Source: Octopus sinensis | Taxonomy: Eukaryota | Direction: 5' to 3' | Assembly: GCF_006345805.1 (NCBI RefSeq) | Contig: NC_043013.1 | Coordinates: 32,426,001-32,490,000, forward strand | DNA: 64,000 nt | Part shown: positions 48,791 to 61,610 of the stretch, one piece after another | Layout of the letters: the number at the start of each line of letters is the position of its first letter | How positions within the stretch are numbered: position 1 is the first letter of the stretch | Notes under the pieces: model-generated | Seen by the model: the letters and a program-made list of their open reading frames with translations, nothing else | What the model was told of the DNA's origin: nothing | Databases searched by the model: none | Translations under genes and position numbers: made by a program

Positions 48791-48985
48791 CCAGGGCTTA
48801 GCTCCTCGGATTATTCATGTTCCGATCGATGGCTCACTTCCTGCGCTTCATCAACCAAGAGAAGATGGAAGCTTCACTGAAGGTGTTCTTCGCCTCGAGG
48901 GACAAGAATTGGAATCAGCGTGGGATCAAAGAACTGGCAAAAAGATGGCTTCAGACGGTGCAACACGATGGCCTTTACATTGAAT
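48790..48985 (+). mobile_element. Mariner transposase C-terminal relic
   Basis: FRSMAHFL...FFASRDKNWNQRGIKELAKRWLQTVQHDGLYIE, preceded by a degenerate PSDY-like stretch. Confidence 0.8.
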
Positions 48986-49024
48986 GCTCGGCTGCTTCTG
49001 TTGTAGCTTGACGAAGGAGGCAAA

Positions 49025-49418
49025 TCTTTATATATAAAAGAAAGGTTGTGTGTCTGTCTACTTCGATTTAGATTCCTAACTACTCCCACATTTTGCGGTG
49101 CAGTTTAACCAAAACCGGGTATCTTATAGTCGTGATTCATATCGAGCCCTTCTGGGTATTAGCGCGCGTCTACGATGAGTCTACGATTTTAAAAATAATT
49201 TAACATCATTTTTTTCCATTTTAATGCATATTTTTTTAATATAAGGGAAGTAACTCTCTAAAAATGTCTACGATGAGTCAACGATTTTTTAAAAAAATTA
49301 CCATAATTTTTTTTTCATTTTTTAATGCATTTTTTGCTATTTTTTGGCTATAACTCTCTAAAAATGCTTTATAGTTATTTCCCTTACAAACCCGAGCAAC
49401 GCCGGGCGATACTGCTAG
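49025..49418 (+). mobile_element. Non-autonomous Helitron
   Basis: A|TC 5' end, 3' hairpin CCCGAGCAACGCCGGG, CTAG|T end. Confidence 0.85.
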
Positions 49419-49718
49419 TAAGTTATAAAACATTGCAAAACTTCTCATTCAGAGCAATATTACTTATAGAAAATTAGTGACGTACAAGTCGTACTTCCAT
49501 ATGTCACTATAAGGTAATGACATATTGATGTCTCGCCGTTTTGTCTTCAATCTTTGTTAGTAGAGACTGGAAAATAGATAATGAAATAGCCATTGTATGA
49601 CAAGATGAATCAATCATCATATACGTCAATATTAATATTCATACTTTTGTGTATGTGTGCATGTGTGCCTCTGTGTGTGTGTCTACTCAAGTGCATGTGT
49701 ACATTTAATGGCTATATA

Positions 49719-50695
49719 CAGTGTGCGGTGAATAAATTGTCGTCTAAGTTGCGCAAAACTGAAAATAACACAGACATCACATGTTAACATATATCTTTAA
49801 CAAAATTACATTAAAATACATTTCAGAGTGTTTGGGTGTCAATCTCAGGACAATGCAGAGGATTGGGAAAGAGTTGGGTGTGCATTGTTTGTTTTTGATT
49901 TGGTCGACTACACAGTATAGTAGGATCAGTTGGGCACCGTCGGTGAGAAAAACAGCACCATGATGCAATTTACTCTGCTAGAAATTTGAAAATGACATGC
50001 TGTACTGCTTGCCATTCGCGCGGAAGTTCCAACATTTCAGAGTGTTCGGGTGTCAGTCTGAGTGTTTACCGCGTCTCCAAAACATGTACCGAGAGCAATA
50101 AAAATCAAACATCTCGTCAACATCATGGTGTTTGGAGTGATCACTAGTGATGGCGACGTTATGCCTCCATTAATCTTCGCACACGGCCTAACACTCAACA
50201 CGGAAGTTTACATCAAGTGCCTGGAAGAGGTAGTGCTGCCCTGGGTCAAGAGGGTGGCTGCTGAAAGATCCCGTGTCTGGCATCAAGACTCTGCACCATA
50301 CCACACAAGCAGTAGAACCCAGTCGGGGCTGTCAGACAATTTCAGCGACCACATCACCTGGCCACCTTACTCCCCAGACTACAACCACCTTGATTATTAT
50401 GTGTGGGGCACAGTTGAGTGAGAGAACAACAAAATTTCTTGTAACACCAAAGATGAACTAAAGGTAAGGATTATGGCAGTATTCATCAACTTAAGGAGGC
50501 CACCTAGAAGAGTTGCACGAGATTCCTAAGTCGTCTGGAAGCCGTGGTTGAAACCAATGGCGATTTTATTGAATAAATTTACTCTTAGTATTTCAAGATA
50601 TTTTTATGTAATTTTGGTAAATAGATCTGTTAAAATGAGCTGTCAGTGTTATATTCATTTCTGAGTAATTTAGACCATAATTTATTCACTCTGCC
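49719..50695 (+). mobile_element. Internally deleted Tc1/mariner-superfamily element (probably maT/DD37D type) with imperfect TIRs
   Basis: MVFGVITSDG...WHQDSAPYHT...WPPYSPDYNHLDYYVWG (50062-50421); TIR cores GTGAATAAATTGTCGTCTAAGTT / AATTTAGACCATAATTTATTCAC. Confidence 0.8.
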
Positions 50696-50929
50696 AGAAA
50701 TTTATTCCTGGGGCGCCGCTTGGAAGAGTTTAGTCCAACAAATCGACCTCAGTACTTAGTTTTAAACCTCGTACTTATTCTCTTGACTCCTTTTGTCAGG
50801 CCGCTAAGTTACGGGGACGTAAACAAACTAACATTGGTTGACAAGTGGTGAAATGGAGAAAGTACAAAGACACACGCATGAGTGTGTGTGTATATGTATA
50901 TATATATATAATATTTATATATATAGTAT

Positions 50930-51990
50930 ATATAGTTCAAATTTACAGAAAACAAAAGACGAAGAAAGGTGAGGTAACGACAAACAGGTGTATTAGTTTG
51001 ACGATCGGGAAGAGAAAAGTCCCACGTTCTTTGACTGAAAGGACTGTGAAAGGGAAAAAATAGAGAGAATGAAAAAATACGGAGGAAAAGAAAAAGATGT
51101 GTTGGTATTGACGGTTCAAAATGATGAAATGACTGGAAAAATGATGCTGAATGAAAGGGAGATAATAACGGTGACCCGGCTAATGTAGGGTGTGCAAGCG
51201 CTGCGTCTGTGTGAGAATGGTGTGTGTGAGTGTGTATGTGTGAGTGGGGGCGAGCGTAAAGTTATGTGGGCCTGGCGTGCGTATAGGAGCGTATAAGTGT
51301 ATGTGTATAAGTAACCTAGTGCGTGCATTTTGTGGAGTGATATGTGTTTCGCGTATGTGTATATGTACATGTGCGTATGGACGTGTGTATATATGTGTGA
51401 GGCTGTGCATTGTATGTGTGAGGATATCGAGTGAGTGTGTGTGTTAGTACACGGAGTGTATGTGTGTGACCCTATAGTGTGCGTGTGTATTGTGCGTATT
51501 TTTGTGCGAAAGTTATATTTGTAAATGCGTGTTGTATACGTATGTATATTGTCTGTTTTTAGGTGTGTTGTGCGCATGTGCACTGTGTGTGCTTTTTGGA
51601 GTGAATACCGTGTGTTGTGGTGCATAGAGATGCGTGGTGGGATAGAGTTAGGGGTTTGGAGGTATTGGGTACTAATCCGTGTGGAGTGGGAAGATGCGTG
51701 TGCATGTGTTGGGAGTGTGTATAATGGTGTGTGGTATGGGTACTGAGTTGAACAGTGTGTATGGATGTTTGTATCATAGTGTGTGTGGTGATGGTACTGA
51801 GTTAGGTGGTGTACAGGTATGGCGGTAGAAGGGCGAGGCAGTTTTAGGTGGGAGGTGTAGTGGCTGGTGTTAAATGAAGAGAGGTTGCGAATTAAGGCCA
51901 TAAGGAGCAAAAGAATGGAAAAGATTAATTCCCGTTCACAGCGAAGCCAGGAGTCCGGGTGGTCCCGGTGCATAAACAGTCCGAACACAG
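50930..51990 (-). mobile_element. Penelope-like element 3' end (end of the endonuclease ORF, CA-rich segment, pseudo-LTR with the hammerhead region deleted)
   Basis: [39 protein letters not shown] resembles the E.LIF...P.GLN terminus of Penelope GIY-YIG ORFs. Confidence 0.7.
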
Positions 51991-52854
51991 ACAGATGTAC
52001 ATGTGTGTGTGTTTGTGTGTGTGTGTGCGTGTGTGTGTGTTTGTGTGTGAGTGTGTGTGTGTGTGTGTGTGTGCGTGTGTGAGTGTGTGTGTGCGTGTGT
52101 GTGCATGTATGCGTGTGTGTATGATATATACTTCATTTTAGCGATTGCTCTTTATTTACAATATGGTTATATCAGTTATCAGTCATGCTTCCACTTTTAT
52201 TAACTTTTCAAAAGCTTTTTGCTTTATTTGTTTGTTTGTTTTTTTATTGTTGTTTGTCTCTATTTTTTTTTGCATTTTTCAAATCAATTACATTTTCAAG
52301 GTCCGTATCTTTCGCTTTCATCTTCTAATTAAAATATTTTCGTTAACTTAAGGTAAACAACTATATATTTACTTAACCTCATTCGTTGTCGTCACAATAC
52401 GCAACATGGTTATCTATATTCTCACTTCATACTTTTACGATACAATCATACCTCTTTTAGCCTCCTATGTTAAATGATTAATATTATTTTACATCTTTCT
52501 ACTAATCTACTTTCATAACATTTCCTCTATAGCAGACTTAACTAATTTAATATTTCCTCGATTAACTACGTGAGTCTCACCAACTTAGTATAATCGTGTT
52601 TTACCTCAAAATTTTACAGTACCACAGTCTGCTCTAAATATACTATATTCTATAAATTATTCTGTTAAATTAAAGGTAAAAAAAGAAAATGACTCTCCCC
52701 AAACACAATAGTATATTCTGTAACTTCTACTTTTAATCAGGCTCTTTTCACTGTCAAAACGCTTTTACTGTCCGAACGTTAAGCTACAGAGAATTGATAC
52801 AAGGTTCTGTAAATTTCTGTATATATATTTCTCTTGAAAATCAATTCATTTTCT

Positions 52855-52931
<77 letters not shown>

Positions 52932-52951
52932 ATATATATATATATATATAT

Positions 52952-53271
52952 ACAATTGCAGCGTGGAAGGTGTTTATAAGCCATTTAAGAAACACACAAA
53001 AGCCATTCGATTCACTTCAACAATATTTTCGTCGCTAAAATCCGCGACCTGTTCACTGACAAAGTCCGTGCTGCATCTAAGAACGTAAAGATGCATCTAA
53101 GAAAGTAAAGATGTTTACTTTCTTAGATGCAGCACGGACTTTGTCAGTGAACAGGTCGCGGATTTTAGCGACGAAAATATTTTGCCAAATTAAACTTAAA
53201 TGTTGAAGTGAATCGAACGGCTTTTGTGTGTTTCTTAAATGGCTTATAAACACCTTCCACGCTGCAATTGT
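52952..53271. repeat. ~320-bp fold-back palindrome next to (TA)n
   Basis: CAATTGCAGCGTGG...CTAAGAAAGTAAA is mirrored by TTTACTTTCTTAG...CCACGCTGCAATTG; each arm has its own ~20-bp insertion or duplication. Confidence 0.93.
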
Positions 53272-53327
53272 TTTCGTTTCAGCACACGATCTCAGATCAA
53301 ATTACTTGCTATGCGAGTACATCTCCG

Positions 53328-53630
<303 letters not shown>

Positions 53631-53790
53631 GGCCATAATCTATATATATATATACATATATAAAAATTTAGCAATTAAGGACAACTACTTAATAAGGAAA
53701 ACTTAACAAGAAATTGTCAGGTAGATAGCGTAAAAACCTCATAAGAGAAAAAATTTCGAAAATAATTATTTCTTATTGAACATATTAATT

Positions 53791-53838
53791 TATATATATA
53801 TAGAGGGCATTATACATACATGTATGTATAATGCCCTC

Positions 53839-53850
<12 letters not shown>
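53791..53850. repeat. Perfect 60-bp spacerless palindrome
   Basis: TATATATATATAGAGGGCATTATACATACA|TGTATGTATAATGCCCTCTATATATATATA. Confidence 0.97.
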
Positions 53851-53870
<20 letters not shown>

Positions 53871-54114
53871 GTCTGTGGGTGTCGAACCAGCAAAGGGAAG
53901 CTGCTGACCGCCCCTGTTCGAAGATTATAATGGATACAGGTTCATGTGTCATGGATACAGGCGATGGCCTCTTGCAGATAATCAACAGCAGCATTCGTCC
54001 TATTTTCCTGGACTGCCACGTTAGCTTGGTGATAACTATAATATATATATAAATACATACACACATACATACATACATACATACATACACACACATACAC
54101 ACCACACACAACAC

Positions 54115-54196
<82 letters not shown>

Positions 54197-55583
54197 TGAG
54201 TGTATTTTTACTTTGTTAACAATTAACACGGAAAAAAATAATAAATAGTTACCAGGGCAGCAAAAATCTCACAAGTAAAGATGTTGTAACTCCTTATTTA
54301 TAAAGGTAGAAACTTCGTGTTTACGTTGAATATTTTGAATAATATATGAATAAATTAATGGAGTTTAACGCAGGTGTAATCAAATATTTTTACTTTCGAC
54401 TCATGTTTCGAAAATTCCACTGATACTATTCAAAAGAATAAATGGTATAAACAATGCAATTTTCTCCTCAGGAAAGTGAAAAAAACGAAACTCGTCAATA
54501 AGACATTTTAGCAAAAAATGATGGATTTGTATAGCGATTGACAGAACGCTATTAATATTGTTTAAAAAAACGTTATATGATATAACGTCATAAGTAGCTA
54601 ACAGAAAGAGTAGGGATATTAATAGTGAATGTTAAATATAAAGGAAATTAAAGTTTAAATTATATATAATGATAGAGACTACTTATATGCACTAAATGTA
54701 TGTTTTTGCCAATGCTTACATCTGTATGCTCGCTCTATAACCGTGTTTACTAGAGTATTTTTAGAAAAAATAATGGAAAATAGCTCAGAATTGCAGAGAA
54801 GACAGAATTTCTTGCCTTGTCATATGGATCGAAATTGAGAGAATCAACCATTCTAAATGAAATTGTTCATTGTGGTCTTTTAAATCCCAAATCAGTTTGC
54901 TGAGACCGGTACTATTCCGTTTATTTCTACCCCTAAATGTTGAGTAATGGATAGAAATTCTTTTAGATAACTCTAACGATGTGCTTCCAATGTAAAATCG
55001 TACTTTATTACGAGTAAATTATTACACTGGTATATAGAATTTTTAATCTTAGAGTTACTTGACATAAACTTAATTCTATTGGAATTGACTTCAGATACAA
55101 TAACCTTGTTATTAATATTTCTAGAGGGTGGATGGTATTAGCTAAATTAATGTTAGTATTAGTAAATGTATTAATATTTAACAGTTTGTTATTATGAGAA
55201 GAGATAATTTGCAAGAAATTTTTTGTGTTTGAAAAACCTATCCTAACACAAAAAATCTCCGAGCCGAGCCGAGCCTTTAGGGAAACACACAGACAAACAC
55301 ACATTCTCAGTTTTATATATATATATAATTGAAAAAATTGGAGTCAACAAGAAAGAGTAAGGTTGGACATTTATTTTTCAATCACTACAATTGTTTCCAT
55401 GCAGCATAGTTCTCCAGGCATGGTGGTGTGATTATGCAACCGCTTCCCTGCATTATGAGATCTCGTTGTGTTTCCTCGCAAACCTGGAAGTACGTATAAT
55501 ACAACTACTGGACAGCACATAATTAATCTGGGGGTGGATGAGCTTTATACTGAACTCTGCTTCGTTCTTAACTGAATATACTA

Positions 55584-55690
<107 letters not shown>

Positions 55691-56539
55691 ATATATATAT
55701 ATACACCAGTCTGTATAGTTTGAACATTTAGTTCACCGTGCACTTTACTTCAATAGAGTAATCTACTTCCAAGTCTTTGAACATTTTTCAACCAATGTAT
55801 CCCTCTATATTTCTCCTTTATTTGTTGTCTACTTATTATTTCTTTACCCCTTCTCTTCCTAGGGTCTGCCTTTGACGTCAGATCTACTAACGGTTACTTC
55901 AAAAATACTTAATAGCGTTCTGTTTATCATTTATGCAGTCATCAAAACTGTTATAATGTCTTGTTGTTGAGATGGGTTCCCGTTCTTTCCTGATGAGAAG
56001 ATTACATTATTTTACACCGTGTATTCCTTTGGAATAAAACCAGTGTTGTCTTCGAAACATATGTCGAAAGTAAAAGAATTTGAATAACACCTGCGTTCAA
56101 CTCCATTTATTTACTTTATATATATATGGTTTATGTATATTTCTTTCTGCCTTTCAGCTAATTGTATAATTCAACGGCCTTATTTTCAAACATTATTCTC
56201 TTCCAGCAAATATAAACCCAACTATCGCTGGACCGTCATTTACATAAATAGTCGCGGTTTCAAAATTTATTCGACAAATTCCACAAATTTCTACGTTTTC
56301 ACTCCTTTTCATTCTTTCTCTTCCGTCTTTTTTTTTAATCTTCCTTTAAAATATGTTATACATTTATTACAAAGTTTTCTCATCAAGTTCTGAATCATTC
56401 AATGATGAATGACAAAAATTTGTAATTTTGTAAACTAATATATCTGTGAGTGTATTTGTACATATAACTATATCTGTTGATGTATATGCAAATATATTTA
56501 TATCTATATCTATCTTTATTTCTTTCTGTAGCTATCTAC

Positions 56540-56708
56540 CAATATGTGTGTGTGTGTTTGTGTTTGTGTGTGTGCACATATACGTATATGTAAATGTAAA
56601 TATATATATATATATACATACATAAATATATATATATATACACACATATGTGTATATATTGAATGTTATATATATATGTGTATATATATACATATATATA
56701 TAGATATG

Positions 56709-56739
<31 letters not shown>

Positions 56740-56861
56740 TGTGTGTGTGTGCACATATACGTATATGTAAATGTAAATATATATATATAGTTAAGATTTA
56801 CAGAAAAACAAAAGACGAAGACAGGTGTATAAACAACAAACATATATGCGTGTGTGTGTTC

Positions 56862-56898
<37 letters not shown>

Positions 56899-56919
56899 GC
56901 ATATACATGTATATGTATG

Positions 56920-56951
<32 letters not shown>

Positions 56952-57151
56952 GTATATATATATATATGATATATATGTATATATATATGTATATATATAT
57001 ATACACATACATAATATATATATGTATATTATAATATGTATATATATATATATACATACATAATATATATATATATATACATGTATATATATATATGTAT
57101 ATATATGTATATATATGTATATATATATATGTATATATATGTATATATATG

Positions 57152-57186
<35 letters not shown>

Positions 57187-57204
57187 ACATAAATATACAC
57201 ATAC

Positions 57205-57247
<43 letters not shown>

Positions 57248-57275
57248 TATATGTTTGTGTGTATGTGTGTGTGGT
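56540..57275. repeat. Compound (TA)n/(TG)n/(TATG)n microsatellite field containing a short Penelope pseudo-LTR scrap at ~56790-56840
   Basis: Direct reading; scrap matches 50940-50990. Confidence 0.85.
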
Positions 57276-57899
57276 TGATAACCAGTAACAGATGCATTTC
57301 TTCGTAGACAAAATACGGCTCATAAATATAGAATGATAATCAAACGAACAAAGCTCAGACAGTCTGACACATATTTGATAAATTTATTAGATTTTTCATT
57401 AAGCAGATATCAAATGAAAATGTTGCGGTATAAATAAATTTCATATTTGATAATATTAATCAAATAAGTAGTTATTTCTTCCGATTTTTAATCACAATAT
57501 TGCATTTTCGGTAGATTGTTTCATAATAGAATTCTTTTGAAAATTTTATTTTTTGCTTCAAGAAATTGTTTTTCGTCTTGTTTTTGTCCTTCTTAGTCTT
57601 AAGTCAGTCCGGATCAATCAAACTTGTGATTATTTCGTGAAATTTTCTTTATTCATGTTTAACTGGTAGTGGTGGTAATGGTGGGGGCTGCTGTAATGGG
57701 ACGTCTTTTTTTTTTTCGTAAAGCCAATATAATGTTTTAAAAGATGTCCAGCTGTAATTTTTAATAGGTCTTAAACTGCATATAGATTCTTCGTATGCTC
57801 GTGGAAGAAGTTTATTACCGCTTAGGCTTCGATCTGTCATACGTCGTAGGCCAGATCTTAACTCAGCTTCTAAAGCGTATAAACGACTAAGATGATAAC

Positions 57900-58060
57900 A
57901 CTGCCCCTGAACGGGATCCTGTTACCATTTTCCGTTGAAATGCAGAGTCTCTGTTACGCCTGAGAGTATTTTTTATCTCTATAAGGTCACCATTCGACCG
58001 CGCATTGAACGTTGCTGTCATCTTTGGGTAGGTACCGCTTCTGATTGTCTTAATTTGATA
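57900..58060 (+). mobile_element. CR1/Jockey-like LINE ORF2 fragment
   Basis: PESIFYLYKVTIRPRIERCCHLWVG resembles the LYK..IRP..EYC..VW motif downstream of the RT. Confidence 0.65.
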
Positions 58061-58069
58061 AATTTGATA

Positions 58070-58535
58070 AAACACCTACAAAAATCAGCATTGCTTGGAA
58101 CTGCAAGAGTTCTCCGCAGGGTTCTTGAAGCATGATCAGTAAACAAATGTCACCTTAGTCTACTGGCAGTGGACAGCTGACACTTTCCCTCATACCCGAC
58201 AAAATAAGCTGAGAGATTTCATGAAATAATAATAATAATAAATATGACAGATTAGCTTGGGAGGTTAGCCTGTTGTGCTCACTGAAAAAAGATAGTAGTC
58301 GTTCCAATAACTGTTGAAGCCCCGGGAACAGTGAGTAAGAATCTTGAGAAGTACATGGAACAGATAGAGGCTGTAATGAGGATGGAGCACTTGCAGAAAA
58401 CAGCACTGCTTGGAACCGCTAGAATACTCCGGAAGGTGCTCGAAAAATAAAGAGTGTCACCTTAGTTCACTGGTAGTGAACAGCTGACATATCCAGCGTT
58501 AGAAGCTGTGCAAAGGCAATAATAATAATAATAAC
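58070..58535 (+). mobile_element. Two head-to-tail R4/Dong-clade 3' ends, each ending in (AAT)n
   Basis: HLQKSALLGTARVLRRVLEA* then (AAT)n; YDRLAWEV...HLQKTALLGTARILRKVLEK* then (AAT)n. Confidence 0.82.
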
Positions 58536-58745
58536 AATCCTTTCTACTATATGTACAAGGCCTGAAATTTTGTTGGAAGGGAGATGTCGACTATATCGAC
58601 TCGAGTGCTCAACTAGGATCGACGCTAAAATTATGCAAGACCGAGTCAACCTCAGCAGAATTTGAACTCAGAACGTAGTGTCGAAAGAAGTACTGCAAAG
58701 AATTTACTCTGACGCTCTAACAATTCTGTCTACTCGCCGCTTTTA
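58536..58745 (-). mobile_element. SINE family A, tail B, diverged
   Basis: Reverse-complement tail AATCCTTTCTACTATATGTACAAGGCC, body and head. Confidence 0.8.
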
Positions 58746-58789
58746 GTGATAAAAATAATAACAACAGTAACAACCGCATCAAGGAGGAG

Positions 58790-58900
58790 GAGAAGAAGAA
58801 GAAGAAGAAGAAGAAGAAGAAGAAGAAGAAGAAGAAGAAGAAGAAGAAGAAGAAGAAGAAGAAGAAGAAGAAGAAGAAGAAGAAGAAGAAGAAGAAGAAA
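58790..58900. repeat. (GAA)n microsatellite
   Basis: Direct reading. Confidence 0.97.
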
Positions 58901-59550
58901 CACGCATATAATGTCACAATCGCAAAAATCCTGTTTTGTCCACTTTGTATACATGCCGGCGTATACATACATATACCAATGGTGAGGATGATGATAATGA
59001 TAATTTGACAACGCCAAAGAGGACAATTCCACAAAGCAAATATAGATGTGCAGTCAGATTCTTTTGTTATTCTATGAGTAGTTTCCGACTGCTGAACAAT
59101 TTTTCAAGAAGTCTTTTTTTTTTTTAATTCATTACTTCTCGCTTTGTGAATTACTTTCAATCAATGTAGAGGAAATTTGTTTTTGGTTCTTCTTTGAAGT
59201 TGAAGATAGTTTGATATTTCCTAAATAGTGAGCGGAATGCGCTCCATATTTTTTGACAGTATACAAATCTATATAACTTTTACTTTTTTGTTAACTGGCA
59301 TGACATTAAGAAAAGTTTAAAGTAGTTCTTGTGGAGTAGGTTGGAAAAATAACGTCTAGTCAAATAAGAAAACAATGACCAAACTTTAGGCTGACAAATG
59401 AACAGAATGTAGTTGTTTTGAAAGGGAATTTTTGGCGATAGCACAAAGTTGTTACACAGTTTATGAATCTCCACGTACATCTCAGGGTATATGGAGAAGA
59501 TTAAAAAAATCACACATATCATTTTTAGAAACCATGATGGAATCGACATA

Positions 59551-60184
59551 CGTGACCTGATCAATAAGTATCCAGACTGTTGCCGTAGTAACGAAGTTAA
59601 AGAACGTAGAGTGAAGCCGCTCGGTACATATTGACCTTAAATTCTGCTGTGCATGCGCACTAAGTTTTAACTTCCACCGTTTTCAACAGTGCTTGGAAGG
59701 AAGCTGTGTAGCGTGTGATTTTTGCATTGACCATGACAGAGAAAGCTTAGCAGATGATCTGCATCAAATTTTGCCAAAAGCTTTGGTGATAACTGCTCAG
59801 AGACCTACGCAAAGTTTTCAAAAAGGTTTCATCGTTCTCGACACAATCAATGGGATCTTGTGCAACTGAAACCCGAGTGTCTTCTTGGCCAACTGAAAGC
59901 AGTTTTGGCACAAACTTGGCAACTTTCATGCCCAAATCTTCAGTGGACTGAACCTTAAATAATCTGCACATCCTCTGATAACTCACGGATGGTGATTCGA
60001 CGATTTCCCCTCACAGCTGCAGGCACATCTGCGTTGTTTTTCTCAGTTCTGCCGGTTGCGAGTCTCCTAGAACGTTCGTCAATATCGACATATTTTCAGC
60101 CATCTTGGAAACGTCTGAACCATTCATACATTTGTGTGCGGCTCATACACTCCTCTACATACACTTTCTGCAACTTTGCATAGG
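59551..60184. mobile_element. Mariner relic: 5' end on plus strand (59551-59816), continuation inverted (59817-60184)
   Basis: Plus strand MTEKA*QMICIKFCQKL...ETYAK; minus strand YAKLQKVY...YEWFRRFQDG...RRITIREL...KFVPKLL...DETFLK. Confidence 0.82.
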
Positions 60185-60584
60185 CCTCTGAGCAGGTCGG
60201 CCCCCCGAGGCTATAGTAGAAGACACTTGCTCAAGGTGCCACGCAATAGGACTGAACCCTGAACCATGTGGTTAGTAAGCAAGCTACTTACCACACAGCC
60301 ACGTAAAAAATTTAATTTTATCGAGTGTAAGGAATTTCTTCGTAATTTTTACGTTGCATGAAGCTGATTAGGTGTGATTAAACTATTCAGCTAACATATT
60401 GGTATTGAGAGTAGGAGACGTTTTGATGCTGGAGCACCGCTTTTAGTCGAGTAAATCGACCCCAAGACTTATTGTATTAGTCTATTTTGCCGAACTGCTA
60501 AGTTACGGCAACGCAAACACACCAGCATCGATGTCAAGTGATGTTGGGAGGACAAACACACACACACACACACACACAAACACA

Positions 60585-60649
<65 letters not shown>

Positions 60650-60652
<3 letters not shown>

Positions 60653-61137
60653 CAATAATAATTCTCTAAACGAGATATAGACAGTAACTGCTCCATCACA
60701 TAAGGGACATTAGCTATTTGAATGTGGCTAGGGACAGGGCAGGGCGTGGGGGTGTTACTGATGCATTTAGCCCCAGGCGATCATCAACGTCACCAGATAG
60801 GCTGACACCATCACACGTGTCCTCTATCCTGCAAAGGGAGATCATTCCCCGAGAAGCGGATGCCACATACGGACCCAGGTTTCAAGGTATTTGCCTATCG
60901 TCAACGTATGGCAGGCACCGCTCCTCGACGAACAACTTCCTGTGCAGGATATTTATATATAGATTTTCACGTAAATACATTTACTGATTTCGAAAATCTG
61001 TTCGACAGCAATAATAATTCTGTAAACGAGATATAGACAGTAACTGCTCCATCACATAAAGGACATTAGCCATTTGAATGTGGCTAGGGACAGGGCAGGG
61101 CGATGGGGGTGTTACTGATGCATTTAGCCCCAGGCGA
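60650..61137. repeat. ~130-bp direct repeat pair with 358-bp period, flanked by (TA)n
   Basis: GCAATAATAATTCT...GCCCCAGGCGAT at ~60652 and ~61008. Confidence 0.88.
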
Positions 61138-61145
61138 TATATATA

Positions 61146-61420
61146 TGAAGGCGCAATGACCCAGTGGTTAGGACAGCGGACTCGCGGTTTTGATTCCCAG
61201 ACCGGGCGAAAACATCTAAAGCTCCACGAGGCTCCGGCAGGGGGGGGGGCGACCCTGCTGTACTCTTTCACCACAACTTTCTCTCACTTTTTCTTCTGTT
61301 AGCCTGCTCGCTTAGCCAGCAGGGTGGCGTCATTTGAAGGTTAAAACAATGCGAAGCGCATTCTGACCAGCGATGTGTAGCAACATCTGATAGCCTGGTC
61401 GGTCACGGTGATCGCGGTGA
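61146..61420 (+). mobile_element. SINE family C with internal deletions, tail 3
   Basis: GAAGGCGCAATGACCCAGTGGTTAGG...CACCACAACTTTCTCTCACT, then GCCTGCTCGCTTAGCCAGC...GGTCACGGTGAT. Confidence 0.8.
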
Positions 61421-61439
61421 TACATATATATATATATAT

Positions 61440-61610
61440 ATATATACGGCGGGCTTCTTTCAGTTTCCGTCTACCAAATCCACTCACAAGGCTTTGGTCG
61501 GCCCGTGGATATAGTAGAAGACACTTGCCCAAGGTGCCACGCAATAGGACTGAACACGGAACCATGTGGTTGGTTAGCAAGCTACTTACCACACACAGCC
61601 ACTCCCGCGA
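61440..61610 (-). mobile_element. SINE family B, 5' half
   Basis: Reverse complement of head and CORE-like block. Confidence 0.85.

Noticed and set aside
50062-50421. Apparent D34D catalytic spacing suggesting a classical mariner
   Set aside because: The surrounding motifs look maT-like and a short in-frame deletion before WPP probably shortened the spacing; classification is left tentative.
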